Origin: an uncultured delta proteobacterium
GTDB taxonomy: Bacteria > Myxococcota > Kuafuiibacteriia > Kuafuiibacteriales > Kuafuiibacteriaceae
Reading direction: 5' to 3'
Assembly (NCBI GenBank): GCA_963803435.1
Contig: CAWDML010000001.1
Coordinates: 256,001 to 320,000 of the forward strand
DNA length: 64,000 bases
Each line of letters starts with the position of its first letter. The stretch's first letter is position 1. Under the pieces are notes generated by a model that was not told the DNA's origin, did not search any database, and was given only the letters and a program-made list of their open reading frames with translations. Positions 48,555 through 58,214 of the stretch are shown here, one piece after another. The translations under genes were made by a program, and so were the position numbers.

Positions 48555-49598
48555 TCAGGGCGTGGGCGGGTGCTCGATGCGGATCTTGCCCGCGAGGCGC
48601 TTCGACACGTGGACCTGGTTGTCGGCGTCGACGATGACCGCGCCGACCTGCGGCACCGACTCCACCAGCGCCAGGCCCTTCTCGGGTCCCATGATGAAGA
48701 CGCACTTCGAGAGGCCCTCGGCCAGCGTGGCGCTCGGCGCCATGATCGTGACGCTCCGCGACGCCATGGCGGGGCGCCCCAGATCGGGATCGATGATGTG
48801 GTGATAGCGCTTCCCGTCCTTGATGAAGAAGCGCTCGTAGTCCCCGGAGGTCGAGAACGTGGCGTCGGCGACCTCGGCGGCGGCGAAGTACGACGAGCGC
48901 GGCCCGCGGGGATCGCGGATGCCGACGCGCCACGCCCGATCGCCCTTCTTGCCGGCCACGTAGAGATCGCCGCCGGCCTGCACCATGAAGTCGTGGAGGC
49001 CGTGCGACTTCAGGATCGCCACCGCGCGATCGACTGCGAAGCCCTTCCCAATCCCGCCCAGGTGGATCTTCATCCCCGGCTTCTCGAGCTTCACCGTGTG
49101 GGCCGCCGGATCGATCTCCACCATCTCGTACCCGATCAGCGGGAGGCGCGCGGCGATGTCGGCGTCGCTCGGGATGGAGTCGTCCTGATCCTGGTCGAAC
49201 TTCCAGAGCCCGGAGAGCGCGCCGAAGGTGATGTCGAACTTGCCGTCGCACATCTTCGACATTTCGAGGGCCTTCGAGACCGCGTCGTAGACCTCGGGGC
49301 CCACCGGGATCGCCGCCCGGCCCGCGGCCGCGTTGACCTTGGAGACGTCGCTGTCCTCGCGCCACACCGTCATGAGGGCGTCGAGCCGATCGAACTCTGC
49401 GAACGCCTCCTCGAAAGCCGACAGCGCGGCGGGCTCGTCGTCCGTGTACGCGGTGATCGCCGCCTGCGATCCCATGGTCACGTGGGAGCGGTAGACGATC
49501 TGCCGCGGGATCTGCTCGGCGGCCGGAGCCGGCGTCTCGGGCTCGGCCTTGCATCCGAAGACCAGCGGCAGCAGCGCGGCGAAGCCGATCGATCTCAT
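48555..49598 (-). CDS. apbE: FAD:protein FMN transferase (lipoprotein)
   Basis: VFGC lipobox, TMGS, FDITFG, LGGIGKGFAVD, AGGD, STSGDYER, YHHIIDP. Confidence 0.93.
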   Translation of the reverse strand: MRSIGFAALLPLVFGCKAEPETPAPAAEQIPRQIVYRSHVTMGSQAAITAYTDDEPAALSAFEEAFAEFDRLDALMTVWREDSDVSKVNAAAGRAAIPVGPEVYDAVSKALEMSKMCDGKFDITFGALSGLWKFDQDQDDSIPSDADIAARLPLIGYEMVEIDPAAHTVKLEKPGMKIHLGGIGKGFAVDRAVAILKSHGLHDFMVQAGGDLYVAGKKGDRAWRVGIRDPRGPRSSYFAAAEVADATFSTSGDYERFFIKDGKRYHHIIDPDLGRPAMASRSVTIMAPSATLAEGLSKCVFIMGPEKGLALVESVPQVGAVIVDADNQVHVSKRLAGKIRIEHPPTP

Positions 49599-49602
49599 CG
49601 CG

Positions 49603-49815
49603 TCAATTGCAGCCGCAGCCGCCGCCCGCCTTGCCGGTGCCTCCGGTCGCGCCCTCCCGGACGTCGTAGACGTGCCCGAGGAACTCGTCGGAGCACCCGC
49701 GATCGGCGGCCTTCGGATCCATGGACCGATGGGCGAGCGGGCCGCGCTCCCAGGGCTGGACGGCGGCGCAGCCGGTCATCACAAAGAGGAGCGCACAAAG
49801 GAGAACCCGATGCAT
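49603..49815 (-). CDS. DUF4266-family small lipoprotein
   Basis: GCAAVQPWERG...REGATGG.G..GGGCGCN. Confidence 0.88.
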   Translation of the reverse strand: MHRVLLCALLFVMTGCAAVQPWERGPLAHRSMDPKAADRGCSDEFLGHVYDVREGATGGTGKAGGGCGCN

Positions 49816-49907
49816 GGCCGAGGCGATCTTCACAGCGGGCGTCCGTCGAGATCAACTCGAACGTCGGGTTGACCGGGTCTCGGGGCTCGGGGAGACTTTG
49901 GATTCAC

Positions 49908-51494
49908 ATGCTCGCGACGACCGCCCTCCTCGTGTTCGCCGCGCAGGTGGGGAACGACCGGGCCCTCGACGTCGAGATCACGCCCCTCGGCGACCCGCAG
50001 ATCGCCGTCTGGCTCGAGACCTCCGACGGCGCGTTCGTCGACACGATCATGGTGACCCGCCTCGTGGGCACGTTCGGTCTGGGCAACCGGCCGGGGCGCC
50101 AAGACTTCGGGGGCGGCTATCTGTGGCCGTACGGCCGGCGCGAGCACGCGCTCCCGGTCTGGGCCCACCGGCGCGGCGTCGAGTACGACCGCATGGTGTT
50201 CCAGGACTGCCGCGAGAGCTCGCTCGGATGGCACGAGGCCCACAGCTCGCTGGAGCCGTTCTACTGCCGGCCGATCACGCCCTCCGAGGACGGCGTCGAC
50301 GCCATCACCTGCCCGACCACCCGGTTCTCCTCCGACAAGGGCATCCCGTACCGTCTCACCGATCGCGACCGCCCCGACTGCGCGTCGCTCGGCGGCCCTT
50401 CGACATCGTACTACCCGCCGCGCAACGACATCGCGAGCCGCGACGGGGCGCGCGACTGGCAGGGCGTCACCGACCTCCAGGCGATGAACGATCTCGACGC
50501 CGTCAGCCGCGCCACGCCGAAGGCTGGCCTGCCCTACCGCGTCTCGTATCACCTGCCGCACGATTTTCCGCCCGGCGACTACGTGGTGTGGCTCGAGGTG
50601 AACCAGGAGGCGGACGCGAACGCCGACTACGACTTCGACTTCTTCATGGATCCGGCGCTCACCGACTACGGCCGGCGCGAGCGCGGCCAGCCGTCGGTGG
50701 TCTGGAAGGTGGCGCTGACGCTCGGCGAGGACCGCACCGAGGCCGAGGCCCTCGACTACGCCGGCTACGGAGCCCCCGACGGACAGGACGGCGAGCTCCG
50801 CCCGCCCGACGACACGATCACCACCGGGGTGCCGGGGAGCGGCGCCGAGCGCCTCGACGTGGTGCCGGGGCCGACCGGCAGCCACCGCGTCCACGTCCGC
50901 TACATCCCGGACGCGCCCTGCACGCCGCCCGACGCCGTGCGCTCGATGGCGAAGATCTCGGCCGACTTCCAGTCGGTGACGATGTCGTTCGCTCCGCCCG
51001 AGCCGGCCGACGCCATCTCGCTGTACGAGGTGCACTACCTCGAGGGCGAGGCTGTGATGGAGACGGACGAGCAGTTCGACAACGCGATCCCGGGCCCCGA
51101 GGTCATCGCCAGCGCCGAGGTCACCTCGTTCGTGATCCCGCGGCTGCACGCGGATACGCTCTACAGCATCGCGATCCGGAGCCGAAACTTCTGCCAGCAG
51201 ACTTCGGCCCTCATGAACGCGCAGGTCCGGACCGAGCCGCGCGAGTTCACCACCGTCGACGCCTGCTTCATCGCCACCGCCGCCCACGGCTCGCTCTACG
51301 CGAAAGACGTGGTGGCCCTGCGCCGCTTCCGCGATCGGGCGCTGATGACCTCGAGCGCCGGACGGATGTTCGTCCGCCTGTACTACCGCACCAGCCCCCC
51401 GATCGCGGACTTCATCCGCGACCGCGACACGCTGCGGGCCCTGGTTCGGTTCGCGCTCAAGCCGCTCGTATGGCTCGCTCGTGAGATCGATTAG
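49908..51494 (+). CDS. DUF2271-like + FN3-like + CFI-box-CTERM surface protein
   Basis: PQIAVWLET..G.FVDTIMVT, RR..ALPVWAH, DAVSRATP, GQPSVVW; FN3-like LHADTLYSIAIRS; CFIATAAHGS..LRRFRD..YYRTSPPIA. Confidence 0.75.
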   Translation: MLATTALLVFAAQVGNDRALDVEITPLGDPQIAVWLETSDGAFVDTIMVTRLVGTFGLGNRPGRQDFGGGYLWPYGRREHALPVWAHRRGVEYDRMVFQDCRESSLGWHEAHSSLEPFYCRPITPSEDGVDAITCPTTRFSSDKGIPYRLTDRDRPDCASLGGPSTSYYPPRNDIASRDGARDWQGVTDLQAMNDLDAVSRATPKAGLPYRVSYHLPHDFPPGDYVVWLEVNQEADANADYDFDFFMDPALTDYGRRERGQPSVVWKVALTLGEDRTEAEALDYAGYGAPDGQDGELRPPDDTITTGVPGSGAERLDVVPGPTGSHRVHVRYIPDAPCTPPDAVRSMAKISADFQSVTMSFAPPEPADAISLYEVHYLEGEAVMETDEQFDNAIPGPEVIASAEVTSFVIPRLHADTLYSIAIRSRNFCQQTSALMNAQVRTEPREFTTVDACFIATAAHGSLYAKDVVALRRFRDRALMTSSAGRMFVRLYYRTSPPIADFIRDRDTLRALVRFALKPLVWLAREID

Positions 51495-52539
51495 CGCTCT
51501 TTTGGCGATCGTGCTCGTGCTCCTGCCGGCGAGCGCGAGCGCGCACTGGATCTGCCTCTATGGGAGCTACTACAAGGAGCGGAGCACGCGCGTGATCTCG
51601 CCGATGATCGAGGCAAAGGCGGACCTCCCGTACGAGAGCGAGCTTCAGGTCGGGTACCTGATCGATCAGATCACCTCGGCCTCGGCCGCCGTGACGCCGG
51701 GGGCCGACACGGTGTTCAAGGAGTACCGGCACGAGGTCGACATCGCGGCGGCCAAGCGGTTCTTCGGGTTCATCAAGCCGATCGTGAAGTTCCGGTACAG
51801 CGACGAGCCCGACTACAAGTCGGTGGGGTTCGGCGCGGATCTGGAGGTGGAGCTGTTCGACAGGAACACCACGCTCCACGCCGGGTTCGGCTACTTGAAC
51901 GACACCATCGGGATGCGTCCGCCGCCGAACCAGGCGACCGATCCGAACGCTACCCGCTTCCGGGAGCACCTGAACACCCCGCTGTTCTCGCTGGGCGTCA
52001 CGCAAGTGCTGGCGCCGTCGTTGATCGGCGCCATCGATCTGGAGGCCCAGATCCCCCGCGGGTTCCAGGAGAATCAGTATCGCGTCGAGCAGCACCCGGA
52101 GGCGCGAAACCGCTATGCGGTCGCCACCTGGCTCGCGTATCGCATCGAGGCCACGCGCACCACGATCCGCGCCGACTACCGCTTCTACGCAGACACCTGG
52201 AGGCTGCGCGCGCACTCTGCAGAGGTGCGCATCACGCAGCGGATCCTCCCCTCGCTCGAGATTGAGCCGCGCTTTCACGTGCACTTCCAGAACGGCGTGT
52301 ACTTCGTCGACGCGGTGACGATCGACGATCAGACGTTCCGCACCGAGGACCCCAAGCTCAAGGCGTTCAACGCCCAGACGTTCGGGCTCCAGATCTCGTG
52401 GCAGCTCTCGTTCCTGCAGGGCACCGCGCTCGACGTGTTCTCCGAGGCCATGATCCAGCCGTACTACGCGTTCCTCAGGCAGACGAACGCCTACGGCAAC
52501 GCCCACATCGCCCAGCTCGGCGTGTTCTGGCCCTTCTGA
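51481..52539 (+). CDS. DUF3570-like outer-membrane beta-barrel protein
   Basis: YYKERSTRV, IDQITSAS, SDEPDYKS, YRFYADTW; C-terminal Phe; apbE/DUF4266 context. Confidence 0.78.
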   Translation: MRSISALLAIVLVLLPASASAHWICLYGSYYKERSTRVISPMIEAKADLPYESELQVGYLIDQITSASAAVTPGADTVFKEYRHEVDIAAAKRFFGFIKPIVKFRYSDEPDYKSVGFGADLEVELFDRNTTLHAGFGYLNDTIGMRPPPNQATDPNATRFREHLNTPLFSLGVTQVLAPSLIGAIDLEAQIPRGFQENQYRVEQHPEARNRYAVATWLAYRIEATRTTIRADYRFYADTWRLRAHSAEVRITQRILPSLEIEPRFHVHFQNGVYFVDAVTIDDQTFRTEDPKLKAFNAQTFGLQISWQLSFLQGTALDVFSEAMIQPYYAFLRQTNAYGNAHIAQLGVFWPF

Positions 52540-52542
52540 GCG

Positions 52543-53607
52543 ATGAGGCGCGCCTGGCTGCTGCCGCTCTTGTTCGCCTGCCGGTCGGAGCCGGCGGAGC
52601 CAGAGGCACCCCGGACCACGCCCGGACCGCTGGCCGTTGAGAACCTCCGGCACGAGATCGAAACGCTCGCGGCGCAAGGTAGCCTGCGCAAGCCGGCGCT
52701 GATTGAGCTGCTCCTCGTCGAAGCACAGTTCCTCGCCGCCTACTCGGCGTACGATCGCGCCCTCGAGCTGAGCGAGACCGGGGCCGAGGACGCCGAGTCG
52801 CTCCTCGTGCGGGCCCGCGTGCACGCCGCCCTGCACCGCTTCTCGGAGGCGGTCGTCGACCTGGACCGGGCGGAGGCCCTCGGCGCCGAGACCGACGTCG
52901 AGCGGGCGGCGATCCGGGTGGCGACCGGTCGGGCCGAGGAAGCCATCCCCGCGCTGGAGCGCGAAGCTCGGGCAGAGCGCGGCTTTGCGCCGCTGTCGGG
53001 CCTGGCGAACGCGTACGCCGCCGCAGGGCGCTACGCCGACGCGGATCGCACGTACCTCGAAGCTTGGGCTCGGCTCCGGACCACCTCGCCCTTCCCGTAC
53101 GCGTGGCTCGACTTCACCCGCGGCGTCATGTGGTCGGAGCACGCGGGCGATCGGGCGCTCGGCGCGACGCTGATCGCGCGCGCCGTGGCGCGGCTCCCCG
53201 AGTACGCGGCGGCCAATCTTCACCTGGCGCGCGCCGAGGCGGACCGCGGCCAGCGCTCCGCCGCGATCGTCCGGGCGGTCGCGCAGGCGCGCGCGGCGCC
53301 CGAGGATCCGGAGCCGTACGAGCTCCTGGCCGAGCTGGATCTTCAGATCGGAGACAGGGACGCGCGCGCGGCCGCCCTCGACGCGGCCCGATCGCGCTAC
53401 CAGGCCCTCCTCGCCCGCCACCCGCTCGCGTTCGCCGAGCGGGCCGCCGAGCTCTTCCTGGTCACCGGTGATCCGGGCCGCGCCTTCGCGCTGGCCGAGT
53501 CGAACCTCGCGAACCGCCGGACCGAGCAGGCGAGAGACCTGATGATCCGCGCCGGGCTGGCGACCGGGCGGATCGAGGAGGCCCGCGCCCGCGTGCAGCG
53601 TCGATAG
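52543..53607 (+). CDS. TPR-repeat lipoprotein
   Basis: LLFAC lipobox; Ala-rich helical repeats; ALAESNLANRRT. Confidence 0.7.
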   Translation: MRRAWLLPLLFACRSEPAEPEAPRTTPGPLAVENLRHEIETLAAQGSLRKPALIELLLVEAQFLAAYSAYDRALELSETGAEDAESLLVRARVHAALHRFSEAVVDLDRAEALGAETDVERAAIRVATGRAEEAIPALEREARAERGFAPLSGLANAYAAAGRYADADRTYLEAWARLRTTSPFPYAWLDFTRGVMWSEHAGDRALGATLIARAVARLPEYAAANLHLARAEADRGQRSAAIVRAVAQARAAPEDPEPYELLAELDLQIGDRDARAAALDAARSRYQALLARHPLAFAERAAELFLVTGDPGRAFALAESNLANRRTEQARDLMIRAGLATGRIEEARARVQRR

Positions 53608-53633
53608 TCGCGGATCGTGGTACACACGCGCGC

Positions 53634-54939
53634 GTGGCCGCCGGGCGCCTGCAGGTCGTGTTGACGCTGGCGCTCCTCGGGCCGGCGGTTGCGCGGGCCG
53701 ATGCACCGCACCTCGACTGGAAGCCGAGCTGGCCCCGCTTCCGCCCGGCCGAGTACGCGTTCACGCTCGCGGCCGGAACGCTCACTCCGGTCCTGATCCT
53801 GGCGATGCCGTCGCCACCGTCCGGGTGGAAGCGCCCGCTCCTCCTCGACGCCGCGCTCCAGGACAGCCTCGAGGTGCACTCGCGCGGACGCCAGCGGGCG
53901 CTGCAGCTGAGCAGCGACGTCATCCAGAACACCGTGATCCTCTACCCGTTCCTGATCGACGCCGGCCTGGTCTCCTGGCTGGTCGATGACCGTCCCGACG
54001 TCGCGTTTCAGCTGGCGCTGATCGACGCGGAGGCGTTCCTCCTCCAGATGCTGATGGTCAACGGGACCAAGCGGGTGATCGGCCGCGTGCGACCAGGCCT
54101 CGAATCCTTGCCCGGACGGCGGCTACGGCTGCCGGAGCCGGTCGCAGCGGCGAAGCTTCGTCAGCGGTCATACCGCCGCCAGCTTCACCGGCGCCGCCCT
54201 GCTCTGCCTCCAGCACCGTGAGCTCGCCCTGTACGGCTCGGCCGTGGCCGACGGCCTGGCCTGCGCCGCCGGCGTCGGCCTCGCCCTCACCGACGGCCTG
54301 CTCCGGATCGCCGCGGGCGAGCACTGGGCGACCGACGTGCTGGCCAGCGGTGCGATCGCGCTGGTGGCGGGATACGTGGTGCCCTACCTCTTGCACTTCG
54401 CGCCGCCGGGCGACGGCCGCCTCGACGGCTCGCTGTCGCTGAGCGCCAGCACCGGCCCGATCCGCGCCGGCGACGAGACCCGCTTCGCGATCGGCCTCGA
54501 CGCCCAGGCACGCCAGTGGTGGTGGTGGAACGGCCGCAAGTCGATCGGCCTCGAGCTCGGCGGCGGCGCGCTGCTGGCCGGGACGCACGACGGCTTCTAC
54601 TTCCGAGAGGGCCGCGCTTCGGTGCGACTGTGGGCGTTCGGGCTCGCGATCGGCCCCGAGATCTCGTACCGCGCTGACGTCGGACCGGGCCGTCCCGACC
54701 TCGACGAGCTGGCGGGCGGCGCGTCGATCGCGTTCGGGCTGCTCGAGGAGGAGACGCAGGTTCTCTTGCAGGCGAGCTGGCTCCCGCTCGGCGGGCAGAC
54801 GGATTTCGTCGAGGCCGGCCTCGAGGTCGGGCTCTTCCGGTACGGGTTGATCGCGCTCTCCGTGCGGCGGCTCGTCCCGCGCAAAGGCGCGACCGGGAGC
54901 CTGGCGGTGCTCTCGGTCGGAGGACGCCTGCCGTGGTGA
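53634..54939 (+). CDS. PAP2-family phosphatase with beta-strand-rich C-terminal domain; frameshift at 54102-54106
   Basis: K......RVRP, repaired SFVSGHT, RIAAGEHWATDV. Confidence 0.8.
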
Positions 54940-57220
54940 CGTCGTTCCTCGTGCTCGCGATGGCGGGCGTCCCGTATTCGATCCTCGTCGACGAGTCGTT
55001 TCACGTGGGGCCTCTGCTCCAGACGATGCCCTCGGCGGAGTCCTACGCCCACGTGCTCGAGACCTTCGCGCAGCCGGTGATCTTCTCGCTGGAGGAGAGC
55101 GCCGGCTTCTCCGATCCCGATCCGGCCAAGCTCTCGATCTACGGAGACTCGTGGGTCTGGAACGAGTGGTACGTCGACGGCCACAACCTCACCGACCCGC
55201 TCTTCTCCGGGGCCGCCGCCTTCACGGTGCCCTTCCGGCTGCTGCGGAGCTTCGATTCTGGTCTACGCCGAGAACCCCCGCACGCGCCTCCGTCAGGGCG
55301 TCGCGCTCGCGCTGGGTCCGTCCGAGCGACGTGCGGAGGTCACGCTCCACTTCCCGGAGGCCGGCGGCATCTTCCCGGGCGGGCGCGCGGTCGCGGGCGC
55401 GATCACGGGCAAGCACGCCGAGGATCGGGTGCCACCGCCGCCCGCGGAGCGCCGCCGCTTCGGGGACGCGTACCGGCTCGCGCTCGTCGATCGCGAGGCG
55501 CTCCCGATCGGCCGCCTGACCTACGGGCTCCAGATCCAGGACGGGACGCGGCGCTTCCTCGACTTCACCGGGCCCGAAGGCGCGTTCGACTCGGTCTTCG
55601 AGGAGCGCTTCCTCACCGCCTCGGGCGCCGCCACCCTGGTCGCGAGCTCCGACACCCGCGTGACGCTGCTCGCCGAGTACGCCACGCGCGACCGGGCGTT
55701 CGCCGAGCTCCACTACGCGCCCGAGGAGACGTTCAATCAGGAGACCTACGGCCTCCTCTTCGGAGTCACATACGATCGATTGCAGGTCGGGTTGACGCTC
55801 AAGCGCTACCGCCTCGATCCGAACCAGCTCGGCTTCACCCGCGATCTCTTCGATCCCGACGGCGAGGCCTTGGCGCCCTTTCAACCCGGCGGGACCTACG
55901 CGGCCGCGAAGCTCGATTTGTCGTACACCGGCGATCGCTTCTACTTCGCGCTGGTGAACCGGTTCCTGGCGTTCACGCCCTCGACGGAGGCCTGGACGAA
56001 CCCGCTCACCGCCGCCGGCCAGCCCTACGGTGCCTGGAGCTGGCGCTCGGCGGCGACCACCCACTTCCTGGGAGACGAGCGCATCGGGCTCGCGGAGGTG
56101 CTGCGGCTGGGACCGGTGGCGCTCTCCTACGACCTCTATCTCGCCGCCGGCTACGCCATGAACCGCAGCCGGATCAACACGGTCGCCTTCGTCGATCTCG
56201 GCGTCGAGACCGAGGTCGCGCTGACGAGCCTGGGCGCGGTCCGTCCCTTCCTCACGTTCGCCAAGACGCCGATCGCGCCCTCGACGGAGATGGCCCAGCG
56301 CCTCGACCCCCTCTATCTCGACGGCGAGCTCCGCCTGCAGGACGGGCGCCTCATCGACACCGAGGGCGGCGCGCACGTCCGCGTCGCCGATCGGTTGATC
56401 CCCACGAACGTCTACAGCCTGGCCACCGGCGCCCGCTTCGCGCTGGCCGAGGGCTGGTCGTTCGCGGTGCAGGGCATCCTCAAGTCCGACCGCAACACGT
56501 ACCGGTATGAGCTCGATGGTAGCCCCGAGCAGTACGGCAGCTTCACCGACGGGATCTACTTCTTCGGTGACGGCGAGAAGCGCTACCTGTTCGAGAACGC
56601 CCATCGCGATCAGGCCCTCTACTTCGGCGCCCATGTGCAGCTCACCGGGATCGATCCCGACCGCTGGGTGGTGATGATCGGCTTCTCCGCCTACAACGCG
56701 GTCGGCTACCCCGGGCTCGGCAACGGCCCGCTCGCCAACGACATCGGCCTGATCGATCCGAGCACCGCCAACCCGAACACGGCGATCAATCAGGAGGCCA
56801 ACCTCGACGGCGACCGCGGCTTTCACTTCAAGGCGCTCCTCGGCTACCGCTTCTTCGACCGCCTCTGGGCGTTCCTCTCCATCCGCCACCGCGACGGCCA
56901 GCCGTTCGCCTTCCTCGACGCCAAGACGGAGGACGGCCAGATCGCGCTGGTGCAAGCGTCGAAGCGCGGTTCGCCGTTGAAGATCGATCGGCCGCTCTCG
57001 GGCCCGCGCGAGGACTTTCAGCTCGACTTTACCGCCAAGCTGGAGCTCGAGCTCACCCGCGAGCCCCTCGCGCTCCGCGCCGCGCTCCTCGGGGCCAACC
57101 TGCTCGACTTCGGCAACGAGCTCCAGGAGCGAAACGGCCCGCTGCGACCGGCCGGGCGCCCGGCGCTCGAGCAGCAGAATCCCGCGCTCGTTCCTCCTCA
57201 CGCTCGACGCCAGCTATTGA
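54936..57220 (+). CDS. TonB-dependent-receptor-like outer-membrane protein; frameshifts at 55254-58 and 57177-81
   Basis: Plug-like NEWYVDGHNLTDP, amphipathic strands, GANLLDF; repaired C-terminus IPRSFLLTLDASY-stop. Confidence 0.7.
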
Positions 57221-57234
57221 GCGAAGCGGCCGCC

Positions 57235-57243
57235 TGATACATT
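57235..57243 (+). promoter_or_regulatory. Extended -10 TGATACATT 6 nt before the YeeE ATG
   Basis: TG-A-TACATT-GACAGC-ATG. Confidence 0.45.
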
Positions 57244-57249
57244 GACAGC

Positions 57250-57756
57250 ATGACACTCCTGAACGGCGCGGAGGCCTGGCACTGGGCCGCCGGCGGCGCG
57301 GTGATCGCGTTCGTGACCCTCGTGCTCCTCGCAGTGACCAACCGCCGGCTCGGCATCTCGGGGAGCTTCGAGAACGTCTGCTCGCTCGCGGTCCGGCTCC
57401 CGTATCTCGTGCGCGCCGAGGTGGTCCGCTCGCACGGGTGGCGCCTGCCGTTTCTCGGCGGCCTGGTCGCCGGCGGATTTCTGGCGGTGGCGACCACCTC
57501 GGGCTGGTCGCCCACCTGGAACCTCGGGCTGCTCGATCAGACGTTCGCGCTCGGCGTCGTCGGGAAGTCGATCTGGATGTTCGTCGGCGGCGTCCTGATC
57601 GGCGCCGGGACGCGCCTCGCCAACGGCTGCACCAGCGGGCACGGCATCTTCGGGATCTCGAACGGCGAGGCCTCCGGCCTGGTCACCACCCTCAGCTTCA
57701 TGGGCGCCGGGATCGTCACCACCAACGTGGTGTACCGCCTGATCGGAGGGCTCTGA
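57250..57756 (+). CDS. YeeE/YedE family sulfur-compound transporter subunit
   Basis: LGISG, GGVLIGAGTRLANGCTSGHGIFG. Confidence 0.9.
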   Translation: MTLLNGAEAWHWAAGGAVIAFVTLVLLAVTNRRLGISGSFENVCSLAVRLPYLVRAEVVRSHGWRLPFLGGLVAGGFLAVATTSGWSPTWNLGLLDQTFALGVVGKSIWMFVGGVLIGAGTRLANGCTSGHGIFGISNGEASGLVTTLSFMGAGIVTTNVVYRLIGGL

Positions 57757-57759
57757 GCC

Positions 57760-58194
57760 ATGGCCTTCTTCTACCTCGCCCTCGGGACCGCCTTCGGGTT
57801 CGCGCTCAGCCGCAGCGGCGCCACCGACTACGACTTCATCCAGCGCATGTTCCTGCTCGAAAGCTTCCAGCTCTACGGCATCATCGGGACCGCCGTCCTC
57901 CTCACCGCGCCCGGCCTCTGGCTCCTGAAGCGCCGCGGCCGCACGGTCTTCGGCCAGCCCCTCGAGCTGCTCCGGAAGCCGCGTCATCGGGGCAACGTGC
58001 TGGGCGGGGTCCTGTTCGGCGTGGGCTGGTCGATCACCGGCATGTGCCCGGGGCCGATCCTGGTGAACGTCGGCGAGGGCAAGATCTACGCGCTGGCGGC
58101 GCTGGCGGGCGTGCTGGTGGGGGTGGCGCTGTTCGCGGCGAGCTACCGGCGGCTGATGCAACCGCTGGGGCTGCCGGATCTGGGCCTCGAATGA
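57760..58194 (+). CDS. YeeE/YedE family subunit (second half)
   Basis: GTAFGFAL, GGVLFGVGWSITGMCPGP. Confidence 0.9.
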   Translation: MAFFYLALGTAFGFALSRSGATDYDFIQRMFLLESFQLYGIIGTAVLLTAPGLWLLKRRGRTVFGQPLELLRKPRHRGNVLGGVLFGVGWSITGMCPGPILVNVGEGKIYALAALAGVLVGVALFAASYRRLMQPLGLPDLGLE

Positions 58195-58214
58195 CCTCGG
58201 CGCGACCGTGCGGA

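Noticed and set aside
48570-49907. Apparent 974-aa ORF
   Set aside because: The first ~445 codons are antisense to apbE and DUF4266; the signal peptide starts at 49908.
681-57181. Programmed ribosomal frameshifting or phase variation at the GAWTC sites
   Set aside because: No slippery runs or repeats, unrelated genes on both strands are hit, and the motif is strand-symmetric, which fits a DNA-level read error better.
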